The notes: generated by a model not told the origin, from the letters alone. Positions 1 through 7,804 are shown, counted from the first letter of the stretch. The stretch is DNA of 41,214 nt from Candidatus Methylomirabilia bacterium (GCA_041476345.1 JBGOTH010000001.1:1-41214), one strand, 5' to 3'. Program-made: numbers and translations.

Positions 1-379
1 CCGTCCCGTCCTTGCGCCGCGCGAACAATTCGAGGTCGGCGCCCATCGGCCGCGTGTGCGGATCGGCGACGTAGCGCTCGCGATGGTGGACGTGACCCCC
101 GCGGTAGCTCTCGGGAATCAGGGCCTCGACCGCCTGGCCGACGAGCTCGTCGGGGTCGTAGCCGAACAGGGTCTGCGCCTGGCGATTCGCCAGCACGATG
201 CGACCGTCGCGATCGGCGATCACCATCGCGTCCGGCGCGGCCTCGAGGAGCCCGCGGAAGCGCGCTTCGCTCACGCGCAGGGCCTCGTCCCGGGAGTCGC
301 CTCGTTCCACCACGACACGAATGATAGCGCGCGCGGCACTCCAGAGCGGCGCTTCGGCGACGGCTCGGGCCGCGCGCGC
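1..379 (-). CDS. PAS-domain sensor/regulator, N-terminal part; gene continues past the left window edge
   Basis: Absent from the ORF track because it is open at the edge. The minus-strand translation reads ...RGDSRDEALRVSEARFRGLLEAAPDAMVIADRDGRIVLANRQAQTLFGYDPDELVGQAVEALIPESYRGGHVHHRERYVADPHTRPMGADLELFARRKDGT, a textbook PAS start. The same frame continues upstream through TAG 380-382 into a TM-helix ORF. Confidence 0.75.
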
Positions 380-454
380 CTACCGCAGGTCGAAGACCCA
401 CATGACGAGCACCGTCACGACCGCCATCGTCACGTGGACCAACGTGTCGCTCAT
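380..454 (-). CDS. 24-codon hydrophobic ORF (MSDTLVHVTMAVVTVLVMWVFDLR) in frame with the PAS gene, separated from it only by TAG
   Basis: ATG at 454 overlaps the TGA (451-453) of the upstream TraR-like gene as ATGA. It encodes a single TM-like helix. The TAG at 380-382 is followed in the same frame by the PAS protein. It is either the interrupted N-terminus of the sensor or a leader peptide. Confidence 0.35.
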   Translation of the reverse strand: MSDTLVHVTMAVVTVLVMWVFDLR

Positions 455-660
455 TTCGGGGCTCGCCGTGACGGCGCCGACCCGCCCGGGGCGGGAGCGT
501 CCTGGCACGTCGCGCAGTATCGCGCCGCCGGCATGATGCGCAGGCGGGACACCGCGATGGGCCGGCCGCACGAGAGGCACGGTCGCGGCGAAAGCTCGGG
601 GGGCCGTTCCGGTCCGGGACTACGTGCCGGATCGATCGGATCGTGTCGCATGGCGCTCAC
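451..660 (-). CDS. TraR/DksA-family C4 zinc-finger protein (69 aa)
   Basis: Contains CLSCGRPIAVSRLRIMPAARYCATCQ, which fits the CxxC-N17-CxxC DksA/TraR finger. The GTG start overlaps the BON gene stop as GTGA. Confidence 0.7.
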   Translation of the reverse strand: MSAMRHDPIDPARSPGPERPPELSPRPCLSCGRPIAVSRLRIMPAARYCATCQDAPAPGGSAPSRRAPK

Positions 661-1352
661 GAAGCCGGCGTCGCGACCCAGACGTACGACTCGACGCTCA
701 ACCGGTCGTCGACGGCGTGCACGCCGGACGTGAGGCGGGCCGCGGCGACGAGCGCACGGCGCTCGGCCAGCGAGTCGACCGGCCCCGACAGCGTCACCAC
801 CCCATCGCGCACCTCGACGTTGATGCGCTTCGCGTGGCGCTCCGCGCGCCGGGCAAGCACCGCTTCGATCACGTGCCGCAGATCGTCGGACTTCGCGGGA
901 TGCTTCGCCACGCGGATGTCGTTCGTCACGCCCTGCACGCCGGAGAGGTTCGCGATGACGTGTTCCGCGTCCTCACGCTCGCTCCACGTGTCGACCGTGC
1001 CGTCGAGCGTGACCCAGCCGTTCGACACGGTCGAGGTGATGCGCGTGTCGGGCACGCGCTCATCCCACTCGAGCATCCGCCGCACGGCTTGCGCGAGCTC
1101 GGTATCGGTGCCCCGGCCCGGCTGAACGTCCACCTTGATGTCGTTGGCGACGTCACGGACCCCTTCGACGCGATGAGCCGCCTCCTGGGCGGCGAGGCGC
1201 GTGCCGTACCCGTACACCGTGCCCGTGAGCGTCACCGCGCCGTCGCCGACATGGACGCTGATGTGCCGGTCCTGAACGCGCGGGTCCCACCGGAGCTCGG
1301 CCAGGACCTTGTCGCGGAGGTCGCCGTCGCTGATCGTCGTCGTGGTCATCAT
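657..1352 (-). CDS. BON-domain (OsmY-like) protein, three BON repeats
   Basis: 231 aa with three repeats of the pattern V.V.V.dG.VTL.G.V.....r..a...a..v.GV..V.N.i.V. The SD AGGAGGGG lies just upstream of the ATG. Confidence 0.85.
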   Translation of the reverse strand: MMTTTTISDGDLRDKVLAELRWDPRVQDRHISVHVGDGAVTLTGTVYGYGTRLAAQEAAHRVEGVRDVANDIKVDVQPGRGTDTELAQAVRRMLEWDERVPDTRITSTVSNGWVTLDGTVDTWSEREDAEHVIANLSGVQGVTNDIRVAKHPAKSDDLRHVIEAVLARRAERHAKRINVEVRDGVVTLSGPVDSLAERRALVAAARLTSGVHAVDDRLSVESYVWVATPAS

Positions 1353-1381
1353 CCCCTCCTGGATCGTTGGTCATGGCAGGG

Positions 1382-1398
1382 TGCAACGGCGTTGCCAG
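1382..1398 (-). promoter_or_regulatory. sigma-54 promoter P1 (BON/TraR/PAS operon)
   Basis: The minus strand reads CTGGCAACGCCGTTGCA with exact GG-N10-GC spacing. The -12 GC is at 1383-1384, about 31 nt upstream of the ATG at 1352. Confidence 0.7.
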
Positions 1399-1440
1399 AC
1401 TCCGGCGTAACGAAGTCCATCACTTGCGAGTGACGCGCGC

Positions 1441-1488
1441 GCGACCTGGGACTCGAGCGCCCCAACCGCCGCGGGCGCCGGCGCCCCA
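1441..1488. promoter_or_regulatory. two GC-rich dyads upstream of P1 (candidate enhancer sites)
   Basis: In minus sense, 1465-1441 reads TTGGGGCGCTCGAGTCCCAGGTCGC (GGGG-N8-TCCC+AGGT). 1473-1486 is GGGCGCCGGCGCCC, a perfect 14-nt palindrome, followed by CA. Confidence 0.45.
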
Positions 1489-1494
1489 CCACTT

Positions 1495-3636
1495 TCACTG
1501 CACCGGACCGTGGATGGCACGGAGCAGCGCGAGCGCGCGGCCGGCGAGCGAGAACGGCACACCGACGTCGAGCGTGCGTGTCTTCACGGATGGCGCGTCC
1601 TCGGCTGTGTCCACGACAACCTCCCATCCGATGCCGGGGTGCGCGTTCGGCAAGACGAAGTCGACCGCCGCCGCTCGGGCGTTGAGCAGGACCAGTAGCG
1701 TGTCGTCGGTGATCGGCTCGCCGCGGTCGTTCACGTCGTCCATCGCGAGCCCGCACAGACGAAAACCGAACGCCGTCGTGCCGGCCGCCCAGTCGGCGCC
1801 CGTCATCTCGCCGCCGTCGGGGCGGAGCCACGTGAGATCCTTCATGCCCCCGGCGCAGTCGGGACTTCCCCGGAAGAATTTCCGGCGGTGCAGCTCGGGG
1901 TGCTCGCGGCGCAGCGCGATGAGCCGCCGCGTGAAGGCGAGCCGCGCGCGCGCCTCCTCGTCGAGCGTCCAGTCGTGCCACGAGATCTCGTTGTCCTGGC
2001 AGAACGCGTTGTTGTTGCCGCGCTGAGTCCGTCCGGTCTCGTCGCCGCCGCACAGCATCGGCACACCCTGGGACAGGAACAGCGTCGCGAGCAGGGTGCG
2101 CACCTGGCGCCGCCGCAGCGCCACGATCGCGGGGTCGTCGGTCGGCCCCTCGGCGCCGAAGTTCCACGAGAAGTTCTCGTCGGCACCGTCACGGTTGCCA
2201 AGGCCGTTGGCCTCGTTGTGCTTGCGCTCGTAGCTCACGAGGTCGGCGAGGGTGAAGCCGTCGTGCGCGGTGACGAAGTTGACGCTCGCGTACGGCCGGC
2301 GGCCGTCGCTCTGATAGAGATCGCTGGAGCCGGTGAGACGGTACGCGAGCTCGGCCACCTGCCCGTCACCCCGCCAGTACCGCCGCACGGCATCGCGATA
2401 CTTGCCGTTCCATTCCGCCCATCCCACGGGGAAGTTGCCGACCTGATAGCCGCCCTCTCCGAGATCCCAGGGCTCCGCGATGAGCTTCGCCTGACCGACG
2501 ACCGGGTCCTGGTGGATGACGTCGAAGAACGCCGACAGGCGATCGACGTCGTGGAGCTGGCGCGCGAGCGCGGCGGCGAGGTCGAAGCGGAAGCCGTCGA
2601 CGTGCATCTCGAGGATCCAGTACCGGAGACTGTCCATGAGCAGCTGGAGCGTGCGCGGATGCATCATGTTGAGCGTGTTGCCGCAGCCGGTGTAATCCAC
2701 GTAGCGGCGGCGATCGGCCGGGAGGAGCCGGTAGTACGCGTCGTTGTCGATGCCCCGGAACGAGAGCGTCGGCCCGAGATGGTCGCCTTCGGCGGTGTGG
2801 TTGTAGACGACGTCGAGGATGACCTCGATGCCGGCCTGATGCAGCGTCTTCACGAGCGTCTTGAACTCGCGCACCTGCTCGCCGCGGTCGCCTCCGCTCG
2901 AGTAGCGCGCGTCGGGCGCGAAGAAGCCGATCGAGTTGTAGCCCCAGTAATTCGTGAAGCCGAGGGCTGAGACGGCGCCTTCGGTCACCGCGTGGTGCAC
3001 GGGCAGGAGCTCGACGGCCGTCACGCCGAGCGCGCGGAGATAGTCGACGGCCGCGGGGGACGCGAGCCCGGCGTACGTCCCGCGCAGTGCCGCGGGCACG
3101 CCGGGGTGGCGGGCGGTGAACCCCTTCACGTGCAGCTCGTAGATGACCGTCTCGTTCCACGGCGTCCGGAGCGGGCGGTCGCCGTTCCACGGAAACGTGG
3201 AATCCACGACCACGCTCTTCGCGACGTGCGCCGCGTCGTCGACCGGATCCGGAGCGGGATCGTCGGGCGCTCCGCGACGATAGCCGAATATCGGGGCGTC
3301 GAGCGCGGGATGACCGGCGATCGCCCTCGCGTAGGGATCGAGGAGGAGCTTGGCCGGATCGAATCGATGGCCCGTCCACGGCTCGTAGGGACCGTGCACG
3401 CGATAGCCGTAGAGGAGGCCGGGCTTCGCTTCCGGCAGATACGCGTGCCACACCTGATCGGTCCGCTCGCCGAGCGGAATCCGCGCCGTCTCCCGTGCGG
3501 ACTCCGCATCGTCGAAGAGGCACAGCTCGATCTTCGAGGCGTGCTCGCTGAAGAGCGCGAAGTTCACCCCGATTCCGTCCCACGTCGCGCCGAGCGGAAA
3601 CGGACGTCCGGGCCACGCCCGCCACGCGATCGTCAC
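1495..3636 (-). CDS. glgX: glycogen debranching enzyme GlgX (GH13 isoamylase type)
   Basis: The N-terminus has WPGRPFPLGATWDGIGVNFALFSEHA. GH13 blocks are present: DVVYNHT, GFRFDLA, EPWD, FVTAHDGF. I start it at GTG 3636, which overlaps the USP stop as GTGA, rather than at track start 3687. Confidence 0.9.
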   Translation of the reverse strand: MTIAWRAWPGRPFPLGATWDGIGVNFALFSEHASKIELCLFDDAESARETARIPLGERTDQVWHAYLPEAKPGLLYGYRVHGPYEPWTGHRFDPAKLLLDPYARAIAGHPALDAPIFGYRRGAPDDPAPDPVDDAAHVAKSVVVDSTFPWNGDRPLRTPWNETVIYELHVKGFTARHPGVPAALRGTYAGLASPAAVDYLRALGVTAVELLPVHHAVTEGAVSALGFTNYWGYNSIGFFAPDARYSSGGDRGEQVREFKTLVKTLHQAGIEVILDVVYNHTAEGDHLGPTLSFRGIDNDAYYRLLPADRRRYVDYTGCGNTLNMMHPRTLQLLMDSLRYWILEMHVDGFRFDLAAALARQLHDVDRLSAFFDVIHQDPVVGQAKLIAEPWDLGEGGYQVGNFPVGWAEWNGKYRDAVRRYWRGDGQVAELAYRLTGSSDLYQSDGRRPYASVNFVTAHDGFTLADLVSYERKHNEANGLGNRDGADENFSWNFGAEGPTDDPAIVALRRRQVRTLLATLFLSQGVPMLCGGDETGRTQRGNNNAFCQDNEISWHDWTLDEEARARLAFTRRLIALRREHPELHRRKFFRGSPDCAGGMKDLTWLRPDGGEMTGADWAAGTTAFGFRLCGLAMDDVNDRGEPITDDTLLVLLNARAAAVDFVLPNAHPGIGWEVVVDTAEDAPSVKTRTLDVGVPFSLAGRALALLRAIHGPVQ

Positions 3637-4100
3637 GCGCGGAGGGGAGCGGCGCTCGCGTGGGGTCGTACGGTGAGCACGGGGCACGCCGCCGCGCGAA
3701 CGACGCGATCGGCGACGCTGCCGAGCATGAACCGCTCGAAGCCGCCGCGACCGTGCGTGCCGATGACGATGTACGTGGCCCGTTCCTCCGCCGCCGCCCT
3801 CAGGATCTCCTCGTGAGGGACGCCGACGCGCCGGCGCCAGACCGCCTTCACGCCCTCCTTCACCAGCCGCTGCGCGCGCTCACCGAGCCTCGCCTCCGCC
3901 CAGGCCGCCTGCGTCGCGTAGAGCTTCTCGAGCTCGCCCATGCCGAACGGCGTCTCGCCGTAGAGCGGCGCTTCGACCGACACGTGCAGGAGAATCAGCC
4001 CGGCGCCGAAGCCACGCGCGAGCCGTGCGGCTTCGGCTTCCGCCGCGTCCGCTTCGACCGAAAAATCCGTGGGGTGAAGAATCGTGACCTGGTCAGTCAT
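3633..4100 (-). CDS. universal stress protein (single USP domain)
   Basis: Reads MTDQVTILHPTDFS...ILLHV...ATYIVIGTHGRGGFERFMLGSVADRVVRAAACPVLTV. The ATG at 4100 is preceded by GGAGG. The longer track ORF (to 4526) is an unsupported extension. Confidence 0.9.
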   Translation of the reverse strand: MTDQVTILHPTDFSVEADAAEAEAARLARGFGAGLILLHVSVEAPLYGETPFGMGELEKLYATQAAWAEARLGERAQRLVKEGVKAVWRRRVGVPHEEILRAAAEERATYIVIGTHGRGGFERFMLGSVADRVVRAAACPVLTVRPHASAAPLRA

Positions 4101-4129
4101 GCGCACCTCCATTGCCGTGCGGCGATGGG

Positions 4130-4146
4130 TGCACCGCCAATGCCAG
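4130..4146 (-). promoter_or_regulatory. sigma-54 promoter P2 (USP-glgX operon)
   Basis: The minus strand reads CTGGCATTGGCGGTGCA with GG-N10-GC exact. The predicted leader to the ATG at 4100 is about 19 nt and contains the SD. Confidence 0.65.
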
Positions 4147-4211
4147 ACCGTTGACCACGCAATTCCAACCATTTGAGCGCGGCCGGACCGCCGAGCCGTG
4201 TCCCAGCCGCG

Positions 4212-4240
4212 CCTCGCGTGGGGAGCCGCCACCCCAGTCG
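4212..4240. promoter_or_regulatory. GGGG-N8-CCCC dyad between divergent promoters P2 and P3
   Basis: Reads CCTCGCGTGGGGAGCCGCCACCCCAGTCG. In minus sense it is TGGGG-N8-CCCCACGCGAGG. It lies 54 bp from the P3 GG and 79 bp from the P2 GG. Confidence 0.5.
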
Positions 4241-4284
4241 GTCCGGGAACAGCCGCCTCCGCGACTTGACGCGATTGCAACGTG

Positions 4285-4300
4285 TGGCGTATGCGTTGCA
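4285..4300 (+). promoter_or_regulatory. sigma-54 promoter P3 (LOG-family gene)
   Basis: Reads TGGCGTATGCGTTGCA with GG-N10-GC exact. The leader to the ATG at 4318 would be very short (about 7 nt), which lowers confidence. Confidence 0.55.
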
Positions 4301-4317
4301 CGCGGGTCTCCACATCG

Positions 4318-5091
4318 ATGAAGGACGACAGAAGATCGATCGACACCGGCGCGGACTGGACGACCGCGGCGCATCCCGTCGAGGCCGTCCGCTTTCTCGA
4401 AGGTCCCCAATCGCGCGGCTTCGAGCTTGCCCGCGCGATCCGCATCTTCGTCGAGCTCATGCGCGGGTTCCGCGCGCTGCACTTCGTCGGGCCCTGCGTC
4501 ACCATCTTCGGCTCCGCCCGCTTCAAGGAAGACCATCCCTACTACGCGATCGCGCGCGAGGTCGGCGCCGGAGTCGCGCGCTGCGGGTTCACGGTGATGA
4601 CAGGCGGCGGGCCCGGCATCATGGAGGCGGCCAACCGGGGCGCGCGGGAGGCGGGCGGACGCTCGATCGGCTGCAACATCGAGCTGGCGCTAGAGCAGGA
4701 GCCCAACCCGTATCTCGATCGCTGGATCACCTTCCGCCACTTCTTCGTGCGCAAGCTGATGCTCGTGAAGTACTCGTACGCGTTCATCGCGCTGCCGGGA
4801 GGCTTCGGCACCCTGGACGAGATCTTCGAGACCGCCACGCTGATCCAGACCGGCAAGATCCGTGACTTCCCGCTCATCCTCGTCGGGAGGGACTTCTGGC
4901 GTCCGCTCACCGACTTCCTCCACGGCCCGCTCGAGGCCACGGCTGTCATCGATCCCGCCGACGCCGACCGCATTCGGGTCACGGACTCCGCGGCCGAGGC
5001 CGTGAGCGCCGTGCGCGACATCGCGATGCTGCGCTTCGGGCTGCACTACCCTCGCCCGCGGCGCCTCTGGTTCCTGCGCGAGCGCAGCTAG
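4318..5091 (+). CDS. LOG-family (TIGR00730) nucleotide/cytokinin riboside 5'-monophosphate phosphoribohydrolase-like protein
   Basis: Contains TIFGSARF...MTGGGPGIMEAANRGA...PGGFGTLDEIFE, the LOG PGGxGTxxE signature. The start is taken at ATG 4318. Confidence 0.85.
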   Translation: MKDDRRSIDTGADWTTAAHPVEAVRFLEGPQSRGFELARAIRIFVELMRGFRALHFVGPCVTIFGSARFKEDHPYYAIAREVGAGVARCGFTVMTGGGPGIMEAANRGAREAGGRSIGCNIELALEQEPNPYLDRWITFRHFFVRKLMLVKYSYAFIALPGGFGTLDEIFETATLIQTGKIRDFPLILVGRDFWRPLTDFLHGPLEATAVIDPADADRIRVTDSAAEAVSAVRDIAMLRFGLHYPRPRRLWFLRERS

Positions 5092-5092
5092 G

Positions 5093-5285
5093 TGGATTAT
5101 TCATGAGCGGGGCCGGGAGCGTGCCGCCTCCTGTCCTCGCCGAGGTGAGGGCGGTGGGCCGGGGTGGACGGCCGACATCCGCAGCCGCCTCGGCGAGGAC
5201 AGGAGGCCGTCTACCTCGGCCCACCGCCCTCACCTCGGCTGCGGATGTCGCCGGCACACCCCCGGCCTCGCTCATGAATAATCCA
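5093..5285. repeat. 193-bp MITE-like palindromic element filling the LOG-MFS intergenic space
   Basis: It has perfect 17-bp terminal inverted repeats: TGGATTATTCATGAGCG (5093-5109) and CGCTCATGAATAATCCA (5269-5285). The arm similarity extends to about 33 bp. The interior holds three interleaved inverted-repeat pairs in the order A B C A' B' C'. Confidence 0.6.
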
Positions 5286-5295
5286 GGCTAGCGCC

Positions 5296-6504
5296 GTGCG
5301 CCTGTCCCGCAATCTCTGGGCGGTCAGCGCGGCGAGCTTCTTCATGGACGTCGCGAGCGAGATGACGATGAACCTCGTGCCCCTTCTGCTGAGCAACGTG
5401 CTGGGCGCGAGCACCGCGGTCATCGGTCTGGTGGAAGGCGTCTCGCAGGCGACGGCGAACCTGGTTCAGGTGGGCTCGGGCTGGCTCTCCGATCGGCTGC
5501 GCGCGCGCAAGTGGCTCGCGGTCGCGGGCTATGCGCTGTCCGCCGCGTCGAAGCCGACGCTGTACGTCGCAGACACGTGGGGGCTCGTGCTCGGCGCGCG
5601 ATGGATCGATCGCGTCGGGAAGGGCGTCCGCACGGCGCCTCGGGACGCCCTCGTCGCCGACTCGACGGACCGTCAGCATCACGGCGCGGCGTTCGGGTTT
5701 CAACGCGCCGCCGACACGGCGGGGGCCGTCGTCGGTCTCGGCATCGCGCTGGCCGTGGTCGTCGCCAGCGGAGGGGCATCGGCGTCGCTCGCGCGTGGCA
5801 CGTTTCAGACGATCGCCCTCGTGAGCGTCATCCCGGCCACGCTGGCCGTGCTGTCGCTCGCGGTCGGCGCTCGTGACGTGCCGCCGCCCGCTCCCGACGC
5901 GCGCGCGGGGCCGGGTCGGCTCGACGGGTCGTTCCTCATGTTCGTCGGCATCGTGGCGATCTTCGGTCTCGGCAACGCCTCGGACGCGTTCCTCGTGCTG
6001 CGCGCGCAGGAGCGCGGGCTGCGCGTCGCGGACATCCTCCTCGCTCTCCTCGCGTTCAATGTCGTGTACGCGCTCGTGTCGGCGCCCGCGGGCGCGCTCT
6101 CCGATCGCCTCGGGCGCCGGCGCATGATCGTCGTCGGATGGCTCGTCTACGCGGCGGTGTATTTCGGGTTCGCGCTCGCCCGCGCGCCGTGGCACGTATG
6201 GCTCCTGTACCTGGTCTACGGCGCGTACTACGGCGCCACGTACGGCGTCCTCAAGGCGGCGATCGCGGATCTCGTGCCGGTCGAGCGGCGCGCCACCGCG
6301 TACGGCGTTTACAACACGACCGTCGCGATGGCCAACCTCGCCGCCTCGCTCGTCGCGGGTGTGCTGTGGCAAGGCGTGGGAAGCTGGCCAGGCTTCGGGC
6401 CCTCGGCGCCGTTCCTCTTCGGCGGCACGCTGGCGCTGGCCGCGGCAATCCTTCTGAGCCTCGTACCGACGTGGCCCGACGCGCGCCGAGCGGACATGAT
6501 GTAA
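5296..6504 (+). CDS. MFS transporter
   Basis: 402 aa with about 12 predicted hydrophobic helices and the MFS loop motif GWLSDRLRARK. It is a paralog of the minus-strand MFS at 37636-38829 (similar N-termini). Confidence 0.85.
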   Translation: MRLSRNLWAVSAASFFMDVASEMTMNLVPLLLSNVLGASTAVIGLVEGVSQATANLVQVGSGWLSDRLRARKWLAVAGYALSAASKPTLYVADTWGLVLGARWIDRVGKGVRTAPRDALVADSTDRQHHGAAFGFQRAADTAGAVVGLGIALAVVVASGGASASLARGTFQTIALVSVIPATLAVLSLAVGARDVPPPAPDARAGPGRLDGSFLMFVGIVAIFGLGNASDAFLVLRAQERGLRVADILLALLAFNVVYALVSAPAGALSDRLGRRRMIVVGWLVYAAVYFGFALARAPWHVWLLYLVYGAYYGATYGVLKAAIADLVPVERRATAYGVYNTTVAMANLAASLVAGVLWQGVGSWPGFGPSAPFLFGGTLALAAAILLSLVPTWPDARRADMM

Positions 6505-6517
6505 AGATCGGTGCGCT

Positions 6518-6548
6518 TGGGGGCGGCGGCGCCCCAGGTGAGGTAGCC
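6518..6548. promoter_or_regulatory. GGGG-N8-CCCC+AGGTGAGG dyad upstream of P4
   Basis: Reads TGGGGGCGGCGGCGCCCCAGGTGAGGTAGCC. The CCCC starts 88 bp upstream of the P4 GG. Confidence 0.5.
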
Positions 6549-6619
6549 ACGCCGCTATTCATCGCGCGCTCGGCGCGCGCGCATCCCTCATCTGCGCGAT
6601 TTGTCTCTCGAAGCGCCGG

Positions 6620-6634
6620 GGTATGCCCATTGCA
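6620..6634 (+). promoter_or_regulatory. sigma-54 promoter P4 (Leu/Glu-type dehydrogenase)
   Basis: Reads GGTATGCCCATTGCA with GG-N10-GC exact. The -12 TTGCA is perfect; the -24 is weaker (GGTAT). Confidence 0.55.
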
Positions 6635-6682
6635 TCCGATCCGGCGTATGGGGCTCGACTCTGACCTGAGCGTGCGCGGACG

Positions 6683-7804
6683 ATGAGCCTCGACGACGTT
6701 TTCGACGTTGCGGACGAGCTCGGTCCCTCGAAGATCATCCACGTCAGCGAGCCGACACTCGGGCTCAAAGCGGTGCTGGTCGTCGACAACGTCGCGCGCG
6801 GCCCGTCGATTGGCGGCCTTCGGATGGCGCCTGACGTGAGCACGACCGAGTGCGTCCGTCTCGCGCGGGCGATGACGCTGAAGAACGCCGCCGCCAACCT
6901 GCCTCACGGCGGCGGCAAGTCAGTGCTCTACGGCGACCCGCGCATGCCGCGCGACCGGAAGGAGCGCCTCATTCGCGGGTTCGCGCACGCCCTCCGGAAC
7001 GAGACGGACTACATCTTCGGTCCCGACATGGGCACCGACGAGGCGTGCATGGCGTGGGTCGAGGACGAGATCGGCCGCGCCGTCGGCCTGCCGGCCGCGC
7101 TCGGCGGCATTCCGCTCGACGAGATCGGGGCAACCGGCTGGGGCGTCCTCCACGCGGTGGAGACCGCGGCGTCCCATTGCAGGTTCGACCTCAAGGGCGC
7201 GCGCGTGGTGATCCAGGGCTTCGGGGCCGTCGGCAAGCACAGCGCGCGATTCCTGGTCGAACGCGGCGCGGTGCTCGTCGCGGCATCGGATTCTCGAGGG
7301 ACGATCTACGACCCAGGCGGGATTCGCGTGGCGGAGCTGATCGCGCTGAAGGCCGCCGGCGGCGCCGTCGGAGACTATGCGAGCGGCGGCGAGAAGCTCG
7401 ATCGCGATGCGGTGCTCGATGTGGAATGTGAGATCTGGATCCCTGCCGCCCGCCCCGATGTGGTGCGCGAGGACAACGTGGACCGTTTGAAGACCAGGCT
7501 GGTCGTCCAGGGCGCCAATATTCCATTCACGCCGGGCGCGGAGAAGATGCTGCACGACCGGGGCGTCCTGGTGATTCCCGATTTCATCGCGAACGCCGGC
7601 GGCGTCATCTGCGCCGCGATGGAGTACCACGGCGCGACGCAATCGGCGGCCTTCGCCGCGATCGAGGAGAGAACCCGCGCGAATACCACGGCGGTCCTCG
7701 ACGCGATGAAGGCCGAGAACGTCACGCCGCGTCGGGCCGCGCTCGATCTGGCGACCGCGCGCGTCAGAGAGGCGATGAGCTACCGCCGTTTCTCGATCTC
7801 CTGA
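6683..7804 (+). CDS. Glu/Leu/Phe/Val dehydrogenase family protein (LeuDH/ValDH-sized)
   Basis: 373 aa with GPSIGGLRM, the catalytic-Lys box LPHGGGKSV and the Rossmann motif IQGFGAVGK. Confidence 0.85.
   Translation: MSLDDVFDVADELGPSKIIHVSEPTLGLKAVLVVDNVARGPSIGGLRMAPDVSTTECVRLARAMTLKNAAANLPHGGGKSVLYGDPRMPRDRKERLIRGFAHALRNETDYIFGPDMGTDEACMAWVEDEIGRAVGLPAALGGIPLDEIGATGWGVLHAVETAASHCRFDLKGARVVIQGFGAVGKHSARFLVERGAVLVAASDSRGTIYDPGGIRVAELIALKAAGGAVGDYASGGEKLDRDAVLDVECEIWIPAARPDVVREDNVDRLKTRLVVQGANIPFTPGAEKMLHDRGVLVIPDFIANAGGVICAAMEYHGATQSAAFAAIEERTRANTTAVLDAMKAENVTPRRAALDLATARVREAMSYRRFSIS

Noticed and set aside
4266-4295. Sigma-70-like TTGACG-N18-TATGCG overlapping P3
   Set aside because: The 18-nt spacer and poor -10 make it weak. 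It cannot be excluded as the real LOG promoter, but the sigma-54 reading fits the pattern of the rest of the window better.
3633-4526. N-terminally extended versions of real genes given by the ORF track. They are 3633-4526, 1495-3687, 4282-5091, 8469-9974, 11581-12282, 12631-13347, 18139-19440, 21427-24786, 25411-25989, 26024-27784, 27545-28951 and 37636-39147.
   Set aside because: The extensions run through promoters or neighbouring genes and lack an SD. They are replaced by internal starts that have an SD and/or form GTGA/ATGA overlaps with the upstream stop, and homology begins only at the shorter start.
5272-6372. 366-aa minus-strand ORF overlapping the MFS gene. Similar long antisense or out-of-frame ORFs include 8586-9752, 13576-14715, 14869-15720, 15739-16749, 16888-17682, 18598-19383, 19425-20417, 20339-21643, 25827-27176, 25904-27535, 31402-32313, 33274-34254, 34897-36333, 35226-36446 and 36453-37649.
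   Set aside because: All are Arg/Pro/Gly/Asp-rich translations without motifs. Each is embedded in a gene with clear family signatures in another frame or strand, as expected for stop-poor frames at about 70% GC.
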